Shown here piece by piece: positions 57,256-64,000 of a DNA stretch of 64,000 bases. The stretch's first letter is position 1. Every line of letters begins with the position of its first letter. Made by a program: the position numbers and the translations under genes. Origin of the DNA: Candidatus Omnitrophota bacterium (GTDB lineage: Bacteria; Omnitrophota; Gorgyraeia; Aquiviventales; Aquiviventaceae); assembly GCA_016206725.1 (NCBI GenBank), contig JACQRA010000088.1, positions 1,622 to 65,621 of the forward strand, in the 5' to 3' direction. The notes beneath the pieces are model-generated. The model did no database searches. It saw only the letters and a list, made by a program, of their open reading frames with translations, and was not told the DNA's origin.

Positions 57256-58583
57256 TGTTGTGCAATCACGGAGGCGGCATCGCGCAAATCGTCCGCCACG
57301 ACATCCGGCGTCAGCGAAGGATCGCCGGCCGCCCGCGCGCCGTAGCCGGTACGCACCAGGACGGTCGTCGCGCCCACCGCTCGACCGAGATCAATGTCGC
57401 ATGCCTTATCGCCGATCACGAAACAGTCCTGCAATTCGAAGCGCAGCTCACGAGCGGCACGCTTCAGCAGGCCAGCCTTCGGTTTGCGACACGCGCACGC
57501 CTCTTGGGGACGATGGGGACAGACATACACGCCGTCAAGGCGGACGCCCTCCGCCTGGAGGAGTTCGCGCATCCGCTGGTGAACCGCTTCCAATCGAGCC
57601 ACGTCGAACATCCCGCGCCCAATCGCGGATTGGTTCGTGATCACCACGAGGCCCAGCCCCATGGCCTGCAGTCGGCGAAGTCCTTCCGCCGCGCCCTCGA
57701 CCAACTCGACCTGGTTCGGATCGGAGAGGTAATGCTTCTCGACGAGGATCGTCCCGTCCCGATCCAGCATGACAAACCGTCGCTTCCTCTTGCCCTCTCC
57801 GACCCTCTCCGGCCTTCTCCGGCCTTCTTGTCTGACAAACGTTTCTGCCATCCGATAACTCTCCGGCGTGCCGATATCCAAAAAGCGCCCGCGGCTGCAG
57901 TAGCCGTACAATCCACGGCCGGCTAATGTCGGAAACACGTCGTGCTCCATCGACACCGGGCCGTCGCTGGGGATGGCCTCGATCACCTGACGACCCAACA
58001 GATAGACGCCCGCGTTGATCCATCCCTCTCCTGCGACGGATTTCTCGTCAAATCCTTGCACGCATCCCGCTCGATCGATCCGCACGCGCCCATACCGACT
58101 GGTGTCAGCCGCCCACATCAACACGATCGACGTGACCGCCCCTCGACGATGATGCCAGCGCCAAAATGCCTGGAGGTCCGCGTCCCAGAAGGCATCACCG
58201 TTCATCGCGAGCACGACGTCGGTCTTGCACAATGGCAGGGCCTGTCGCAACGCCCCCGCGGTTCCCAACGGGGCGGCCTCTTGGGAATACCGCAGTCGCA
58301 TCGGCCCGTAGGAGTCGCCAAAGGCCTGTTGAATCTGCTCGCCGCGATAGCCGGTGCAGAGCACTACGTCCTTGATGCCCGCGGTCTTCAACCGATCGAG
58401 CTGATAACTCAAAAACGGCCGTCCCGCAACCTCCGCCAACGCCTTGGGACGACCGGGAAGCTGCGCGCGTAATCGCATCCCTAGTCCGCCGACCAAGATG
58501 GCCGCCGTCACCGAGCACAGATTCGTCTCAGTTCCTGAGTCACGTAACCACTTTGCCACTGAGTCACCTTGCCACTTAGCCAC
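57219..58583 (-). CDS. HddC-like guanylyltransferase fused to GmhB-type HAD phosphatase (copy 1); start uncertain (GTG 58583 or 58511)
   Basis: ILVGGLGMRL..PKALA, PLGTAGAL, NGD, INAGVY, FLDIGTPE; C-terminal LDRDGTI, TNQS, CPH...CACRKP, IGDKACD. Confidence 0.85.
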   Translation of the reverse strand: MAKWQGDSVAKWLRDSGTETNLCSVTAAILVGGLGMRLRAQLPGRPKALAEVAGRPFLSYQLDRLKTAGIKDVVLCTGYRGEQIQQAFGDSYGPMRLRYSQEAAPLGTAGALRQALPLCKTDVVLAMNGDAFWDADLQAFWRWHHRRGAVTSIVLMWAADTSRYGRVRIDRAGCVQGFDEKSVAGEGWINAGVYLLGRQVIEAIPSDGPVSMEHDVFPTLAGRGLYGYCSRGRFLDIGTPESYRMAETFVRQEGRRRPERVGEGKRKRRFVMLDRDGTILVEKHYLSDPNQVELVEGAAEGLRRLQAMGLGLVVITNQSAIGRGMFDVARLEAVHQRMRELLQAEGVRLDGVYVCPHRPQEACACRKPKAGLLKRAARELRFELQDCFVIGDKACDIDLGRAVGATTVLVRTGYGARAAGDPSLTPDVVADDLRDAASVIAQQCHVSTSQDIPA

Positions 58584-58585
58584 TT
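58537..58585. repeat. Degenerate 8-mer tandem array (imperfect 24-bp direct repeat)
   Basis: AGTCACGT AACCACTT TGCCACTG AGTCACCT TGCCACTT AGCCACTT; 58537-58560 vs 58561-58584 match at 20/24. Confidence 0.6.
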
Positions 58586-59694
58586 CTTTGGAGGGCGTTC
58601 GCGAGTTGTTGAACCACATCGTTGATTTGGACGGCAGTCAGCTCAGGATACATGGGCAGCGAGAGGACTTCAGCCGCGGCGCGACGAGCCGTGGGGCATA
58701 CGCTCACCGACCGAGCCCGACGGCGCAGCGCCGGCTGCTCCGGCAAGATGGATGGATACGCCACTTGGGTCGAGATGCCGGCAGCCTCAAGTGCCTGTTG
58801 GACACGGTCTCGATCCGCCACGCGAATCGTATAGAGATGGTAGACATGTTCGCAACCTGCGCGCTCCCCCGGGAGCTCCACGTGCGTCAGATGCTGCTGC
58901 TCAATCGCCTGGGCGTAGGCGAGGGCATGACGTCGTCGAGCCAGATTCCACTCATCCAAATGCCGCAGCTTGATCCTCACAATCGCCGCCTGCATCTCAT
59001 CTAACCGGCTGTTTCTCCCCAGCACGTCGTGATGGTATCGCTGCACGCTTCCATGGGCGCGCAGCAAGCGAACCTGCCGTGCGCAGACCTCGTCATTGGT
59101 GAGCACCATCCCTCCGTCACCGTAGGCACCGAGGTTCTTGCTCGGGTAAAAACTCACGATGGCGGCGTCGCCGAATGACCCCACCAGCTTACCCCGACAC
59201 CGCGCGCCGATGGCCTGGGCGCAATCTTCGAGGACCAGCAGGCGATGACGGCGGGCGAGGGCGAGGATCGGCTCCATGTCACACGGATGCCCGAAGAGAT
59301 GCACTGGAATGATCGCTTTGGTCTTCGAGGTGATGGCGTCGACCGCCTGCCCCGGGTCCAGTGCGAAGGTCTGGGCATCAATATCCACGAAGACCGGTGT
59401 GGCCCCCACCGCAACGACCGCCTCTGCCGCCGCGATAAACGAAAAGGCGCTGGTGATCACCTCATCGCCGCGCCCGATCCCCCAGGCGCGCAACGCCAAC
59501 TCCAGCGCATCGGTCCCGGAGGCCACCCCCACCGCGTAGCGCGTCCCGCAATACGCCGCGACCTCGCGCTCGAGCGCCTCCACCTCGGGACCGAGGATGA
59601 ATTGGCCGCGATCCAACACCTGCTGAATCGCGCCGTCGATCTCGCCCTTCATGGCGCGGTATTGCGCCACGAGATCAATCAACGGGACGGGCAC
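58576..59694 (-). CDS. DegT/DnrJ aminotransferase (WbpE/FdtB-like)
   Basis: VPLIDL, SGTDAL, PVHLFG, EDCAQA, SFYPSKNLGAYGDGG, NSRLDE, LSLPMYP. Confidence 0.9.
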   Translation of the reverse strand: MPVPLIDLVAQYRAMKGEIDGAIQQVLDRGQFILGPEVEALEREVAAYCGTRYAVGVASGTDALELALRAWGIGRGDEVITSAFSFIAAAEAVVAVGATPVFVDIDAQTFALDPGQAVDAITSKTKAIIPVHLFGHPCDMEPILALARRHRLLVLEDCAQAIGARCRGKLVGSFGDAAIVSFYPSKNLGAYGDGGMVLTNDEVCARQVRLLRAHGSVQRYHHDVLGRNSRLDEMQAAIVRIKLRHLDEWNLARRRHALAYAQAIEQQHLTHVELPGERAGCEHVYHLYTIRVADRDRVQQALEAAGISTQVAYPSILPEQPALRRRARSVSVCPTARRAAAEVLSLPMYPELTAVQINDVVQQLANALQRSG

Positions 59695-60616
59695 GGAACC
59701 ACTCCACGGTACGGCGCAACCCTTCAGTAAATCCCACGTGGCCATTCCAACTTAACCGTCGCTTCGCGTGGGAGGGATCGGCCAGTGTCCGTCGCATGTC
59801 GCCGGGCCGAGCGGGTTGAAAGGCGGGGGGGACGGAGGTCCCCACGATGTCATGGAGTTCCTGCAGCAACTCCAGCACGCTGTGCTCCTCGCCGAGCGCG
59901 ACGTTGAACACCTCCCCGCTGAGGTCGGGGACCCTGGCCGCCAAGAGCGTGGCCTCGACCACATTCTCCACATAGGTGAAGTCACGGGATTGCCGGCCGT
60001 CACCATAGATCGGGGGTGATTCGCCGCGAAGCAGGCAGGTGATAAATTTGGGGACCACGACGGCATACTCGTTCTCCAGACTCTGTCGCGGCCCGAAGAC
60101 GTTGAAGTATCGCACACAGACGGTCGGAAGACCATAGCTGCGCGCAAACATCCCGCACATCATCTCCGCCGCCAGTTTGGAGGCGGCATAGGGAGAGATC
60201 GGACGGGTCGGCTGATCTTCTCGCAACGGCATCTGGTCCGTGTCCCCGTAGACCGAGCTGGAAGACACGCCCACCACGCGCTTGACCTTCGCCTGCGCCG
60301 CAGCTTCCAACACGTTGATGGTTCCAACGACGTTGACCTCGGCATACCCTGCGGGGTCGCGCATCGATTTCGGAACGCTGCGCAGCGCGGCTTCATGAAT
60401 GACGGCATCGACCCCGAGGCAGGCGCGCGCCGTGACCTCCCGATCGCGCACGTCGCCCTCGATGAATTCCAGGCGGGCACGCACCGGCTGCAGATTGTCC
60501 AACCGTCCCGTGGAGAGATTGTCGAGGACGCGCACCGCGTGGCCGTCCTTCACCAGACGGTCAACGACATGCGAACCGATGAACCCCGCCCCGCCCGTCA
60601 CGAGATAGCGCGCCAT
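59675..60616 (-). CDS. UDP-GlcNAc(A) 4-epimerase-like SDR (WbpP/TviC-like)
   Basis: [54 protein letters not shown]. Confidence 0.85.
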   Translation of the reverse strand: MARYLVTGGAGFIGSHVVDRLVKDGHAVRVLDNLSTGRLDNLQPVRARLEFIEGDVRDREVTARACLGVDAVIHEAALRSVPKSMRDPAGYAEVNVVGTINVLEAAAQAKVKRVVGVSSSSVYGDTDQMPLREDQPTRPISPYAASKLAAEMMCGMFARSYGLPTVCVRYFNVFGPRQSLENEYAVVVPKFITCLLRGESPPIYGDGRQSRDFTYVENVVEATLLAARVPDLSGEVFNVALGEEHSVLELLQELHDIVGTSVPPAFQPARPGDMRRTLADPSHAKRRLSWNGHVGFTEGLRRTVEWFRARPVD

Positions 60617-60627
60617 CAGAACAAATC

Positions 60628-60665
60628 GGGGACACAAACAAATTTCCAAATTTGTTTGTGTCCCC
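60628..60665. repeat. Perfect 18-bp inverted repeat with 2-nt spacer
   Basis: GGGGACACAAACAAATTT-CC-AAATTTGTTTGTGTCCCC. Confidence 0.8.
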
Positions 60666-60707
60666 AATCTCCCGCTCCACCGGTCACGAGGTATCGGGGC
60701 ATCGCCG

Positions 60708-62051
60708 TCACAGGCTGATCAACCGGGCTGGCCGTTCGGTCAGATGGCGGTAGTGGTTACGGGTGTCGAGAAGCAACGACGCGTGGCGCAGGACACCGTC
60801 GTAGTCCACATTGGAGTGATCGGTGAGAATCGCCACGCAGTCGCTGCGTTTCAATTCATCAGGCGTGAGCGCCACGGAGCACGCCCTCAAGCCATTCAGA
60901 CAGGCCGTGGGCACATAGGGATCGTGGTAGACGACCTGCGCGCCCCGCTCGGAGAGCGCCTGGGCAATCTCAAACGCGGGGGAGTCGCGTGTGTCATTGA
61001 CGTCCTTCTTGTACGCGAGGCCGATGAGCAGAATCCGTGAGCCGTTGAGCGCTTTCTTGCGACCGTTCAGGGCGCGGTTGATCTTTTCCACGACGTAATG
61101 AGGCATCGAGTGGTTTAATTGATCCGCCAGCTCGATGAACCGCGCCTCAAACCCATGGACGCGCGCCTTCCACGCCAAGTACATCGGGTCCGCTGGGATA
61201 CAATGTCCCCCGATGCCGGGACCGGGATAAAACGGCATGAAGCCAAATGGCTTGGTCTTGGCGGCCTCGATCACCTCCCACACATCGAGCCCTAGCTTAT
61301 CGCACATCAGCGCGATTTCGTTGACGAGGCCGATGTTGACCGCGCGGAAGGTGTTCTCCAAGAGCTTCACCATCTCGGCGACCTTCGTCGAGGAGACCGG
61401 CACGACGGTGCGAATGATTTGGCTGTAGAGCAAGACGGCGAGCCGCTGGCAGGTTGGTGTGACACCCCCCACGACTTTAGGGATCGTCCGCGTGGTGTGG
61501 CGCGTATTCCCCGGATCAATGCGCTCCGGGGAAAACGCCAGCGCGAAATCGCGCCCCACCTTCAGACCCTTAGCTTCCAGCATCGGCAAGATGACTTCGT
61601 CGGTCGTGCCCGGGTAGGTGGTGCTCTCCAAGACGATGAGTTGACCTCGCCGCAGCGACGTGGCAATCGCCTGTCCCGCGGACAAAATAAACGACATATC
61701 CGGCTCCCGGGTTTTCCGCAAGGGGGTGGGCACGCAGATGATGATCGCATCGCAGGAAGACAGCGCGCGGAATTCGGCTGAGGCCGACAGGCGCTTGGTG
61801 CGTGCGAGCTGGATGAGGTCGTCGCTGGGGACATCGGGGATGTACGACCGACCGCGATTGACGCCCTCGATCCGGCTCGAATCCAGATCAAAGCCGAGGA
61901 CCGTCAATCCCTCTTTGGCAAACTCCACCGCCAAGGGCAATCCGACATAGCCCAAGCCGATGACACCTACGCGAGCGGTCTTGGCGCGAATCCGCTTGGC
62001 TAATTGATCCAGTGACGCGCTCTGAGATACGCGTGCAACGCCTCGTCCCAT
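60708..62051 (-). CDS. Nucleotide-sugar 6-dehydrogenase (UDP-GlcNAc dehydrogenase, WbpA/TviB-like)
   Basis: IGLGYVGLPLA, ICVPTP, ESTTYPGTT, SPERIDPG, KLLENTFR, GGHCIP, AYKKDVND.R.SP. Confidence 0.9.
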   Translation of the reverse strand: MGRGVARVSQSASLDQLAKRIRAKTARVGVIGLGYVGLPLAVEFAKEGLTVLGFDLDSSRIEGVNRGRSYIPDVPSDDLIQLARTKRLSASAEFRALSSCDAIIICVPTPLRKTREPDMSFILSAGQAIATSLRRGQLIVLESTTYPGTTDEVILPMLEAKGLKVGRDFALAFSPERIDPGNTRHTTRTIPKVVGGVTPTCQRLAVLLYSQIIRTVVPVSSTKVAEMVKLLENTFRAVNIGLVNEIALMCDKLGLDVWEVIEAAKTKPFGFMPFYPGPGIGGHCIPADPMYLAWKARVHGFEARFIELADQLNHSMPHYVVEKINRALNGRKKALNGSRILLIGLAYKKDVNDTRDSPAFEIAQALSERGAQVVYHDPYVPTACLNGLRACSVALTPDELKRSDCVAILTDHSNVDYDGVLRHASLLLDTRNHYRHLTERPARLISL

Positions 62052-62902
62052 GGTCGCAGTCCTTTTCCAATGAGGCCGTCAAGATACCGGCTCGTGAGCA
62101 CTGAATTCGCCGGCCGCGGGGCTGGGCGGCGTTGTTCGGCCATCCGAATCGGCGTCACCAATGCTGCTGGACGTCCGAGCCATTCCACCACTCGGGATGC
62201 GAACTCGACGCGCGAACATCCCCCCGCGTTGGTCATGTGATAGATGGGTGACGTCGGCGGCGAGCGCCGCTGCGCCAGGACCGAGATGAGCCGGCCAATC
62301 CCGTCCGCCAAATCCTCGGTATACGTCGGAGACGTGCGCTGATCGGTGTACGCGTGGATCGCCTGCCCCTGCTGCGCGCGCTCGACAATCGCGTCGCAGA
62401 AATTCATCCGTCCGCACCCAAAGAGCGTGCTGGGCCGAATCACATAGGTGTGCGGATGCCGTAAGGCTACCCGTTCGCCGTCCAGCTTGCTCCGGCCATA
62501 CACGCTGACGGGATGGGGTTCATCCGCTTCATCGTACGGGCTCGCCTTGGTGCCGTCGAACACATAGTCGGTGCTGAGCGCGATGACCGGCGTCACTCGA
62601 GCGCGCAGGGCGTGGCAGAGGTGCTCGACGGTCCGCACATTCATTCCATACGCCAGCTCCGGCTCGAGCTCGCATCGATCCACGTCCGACAACGCCTGCG
62701 TGTGCACTACGACATCGGGAGCCGTCTCTCGGACCGCCCGCCGGGCGGCCTGCGCATCGGTCAGATCGCACACGACGTGCGCCGATTCGCCCGGCATCTG
62801 GACGTCGTGCCGAGACAGACCGACGACCTCACCGCTCAACGCGAGCCGTTTGACCAGGGCTTGCCCCAGCAGCCCGGTTGAGCCAGTGATAAGGATCGTC
62901 AT
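62000..62902 (-). CDS. rfbD: dTDP-4-dehydrorhamnose reductase
   Basis: ITGSTGLLG, VDRCE, STDYVFDG, YGRSKLDGE, DQRTSPTY, APRPANSVL. Confidence 0.88.
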   Translation of the reverse strand: MTILITGSTGLLGQALVKRLALSGEVVGLSRHDVQMPGESAHVVCDLTDAQAARRAVRETAPDVVVHTQALSDVDRCELEPELAYGMNVRTVEHLCHALRARVTPVIALSTDYVFDGTKASPYDEADEPHPVSVYGRSKLDGERVALRHPHTYVIRPSTLFGCGRMNFCDAIVERAQQGQAIHAYTDQRTSPTYTEDLADGIGRLISVLAQRRSPPTSPIYHMTNAGGCSRVEFASRVVEWLGRPAALVTPIRMAEQRRPAPRPANSVLTSRYLDGLIGKGLRPWDEALHAYLRARHWIN

Positions 62903-63863
62903 GGAGTCGGTCTTTCAACGGTTGCCACCAGGCCGGCTGGCCGCGATACCACTCGATGGTACGCTGCAATCCGTCCTCAAACGACACCTGGGGCGCCCAC
63001 CCCAACGCGCGCAGGCGCCGATCGTCCAGCGCATAGCGCCGGTCGTGCCCGGGGCGGTCCTCAACACGCCTCAGGAGGCTCTCCGGTTTGCCCAAGACCC
63101 TCAGGATCGCGCGGGCCACCTCCAGGTTCGGAAATTCCGAACCGCTGCCCACGTTGTAGATCGAGCCGACCTCCCCGCGCTGGATGATGAGCTCGATGGC
63201 CCGGCACAGATCCTCGATGAAGAGCCAGGCCCTCCGTTGCTGCCCGTCGCCGTAAATCGGCAGTGGGGCGTCGCGGAGCGCGTTGGTGATGGACAACGGG
63301 ATGAATTTTTCCGGAAACTGGCTTGGTCCAAAGACGTTGGTCGGACGCACCACGACCGTTGGCAGGCCGTAGGTCGCCCAAAAGGCCTGCACCAGGAGAT
63401 CGCCGGCCGCTTTGCTCGCCGCGTACGGGCTGCGAGGATTCAGCCGTGCGTCTTCCGTCGGACTCCCCTCCAGAATGGGACCGTAGACCTCATCCGTGCT
63501 GACATGGAGAAACCGCCTGACGCCGAGTTCCATGGCGGCCTGGAGGAGGACCCGCGTGCCTTCGACATTGGTGCGGAGGAACGGCGCCGCGTTGGTGATC
63601 GATCGGTCCACATGGGTCTCGGCGGCGAAATGCACGACGGCCTCGCACCCCTCCATGGCCCGCTTCACGGTGGAGACCTCGCAGATGTCGCCCTGGACAA
63701 AGCGATGCCGAGGATCGCCGCCAATCTCCTCAAGGCGGCTCCGCAACCCGGCATAGGTCAGCAGGTCGAGCGTCACCACCGCATCATCAGGATGGCGGGT
63801 GAGCCAATGCCGCACGAACTGCGATCCGATAAAGCCCGCCCCACCCGTTACGAGAAGTCTCAT
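62829..63863 (-). CDS. rfbB: dTDP-glucose 4,6-dehydratase
   Basis: [62 protein letters not shown]. Confidence 0.93.
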   Translation of the reverse strand: MRLLVTGGAGFIGSQFVRHWLTRHPDDAVVTLDLLTYAGLRSRLEEIGGDPRHRFVQGDICEVSTVKRAMEGCEAVVHFAAETHVDRSITNAAPFLRTNVEGTRVLLQAAMELGVRRFLHVSTDEVYGPILEGSPTEDARLNPRSPYAASKAAGDLLVQAFWATYGLPTVVVRPTNVFGPSQFPEKFIPLSITNALRDAPLPIYGDGQQRRAWLFIEDLCRAIELIIQRGEVGSIYNVGSGSEFPNLEVARAILRVLGKPESLLRRVEDRPGHDRRYALDDRRLRALGWAPQVSFEDGLQRTIEWYRGQPAWWQPLKDRLHDDPYHWLNRAAGASPGQTARVER

Positions 63864-63885
63864 CAATTCGCAATCCGCACGAAAG

Positions 63886-64000
63886 TCATGTACTCACCGA
63901 CACTGGATGAGTGTGTCCTTGTCGTTTGAGCGCCTGCTCGCGCACTAAGGTCGTCGCCCGGTAGAGCGTCTCCGGCAGACCGGCGTCCGTCCACCAGCCC
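63886..64000 (-). CDS. rfbA: C-terminal end of glucose-1-phosphate thymidylyltransferase-like protein (partial)
   Basis: Manual translation GWWTDAGLPETLYRATTLVREQ...SVST*; the WTDAG motif and position upstream of rfbB. Confidence 0.7.
   Translation of the reverse strand, partial: GWWTDAGLPETLYRATTLVREQALKRQGHTHPVSVST

Noticed and set aside
58537-58585. CRISPR array
   Set aside because: Short contiguous degenerate units with no spacers and no cas genes.
60628-60665. Rho-independent terminator
   Set aside because: No U tract after the stem on either strand, a 2-nt loop, and a mid-operon position.
1-64000. Secondary-metabolite (antibiotic) cluster interpretation
   Set aside because: Despite tailoring enzymes resembling those of sugar antibiotics, there is no PKS/NRPS or aglycone machinery, and the rml, nonulosonate, GT-C and EPS-regulator genes point to a cell-surface glycan.

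Overview
The whole window is one very large, co-directional (minus-strand) surface-glycan biosynthesis locus from a GC-rich bacterium. It has about 60 tightly coupled genes, many with overlapping stop/start codons, and it runs off both ends. In transcription order (64000 to 1): (i) an rml/UDP-sugar/GDP-sugar block; (ii) a membrane-modification block (GT-C-like transferase, B12 radical SAM, YINPGTGS microprotein, TagF-like protein, sulfatase-fold transferase); (iii) a separately promoted sub-operon headed by an EPS-associated MarR-type regulator with a visible promoter and twin operator, encoding 3-deoxy/branched/heptose sugar enzymes, a UbiA polyprenyl-phosphoribosyltransferase, two paralogous membrane-anchored wHTH-like proteins and a GT2-ABC transporter fusion; (iv) methyl/acetyl/sulfate tailoring genes, including sat and a divergent pyruvate kinase; (v) a GDP-linked legionaminic acid pathway with acetamidino (WbuXYZ-like) and probable 8-epimerisation genes. 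There are very few classical soluble glycosyltransferases and no recognisable wzx/wzy in the window. Decay is visible: an in-frame amber stop in a GNAT-aminotransferase fusion and a 45-aa radical SAM remnant absent from the ORF track. Several palindromic or repeat elements occur, two of them inside gene N-termini. I saw no rRNA, tRNA, CRISPR array or transposase. All calls come from reading motifs by eye, with no database search, and start codons were refined by RBS and overlap logic.
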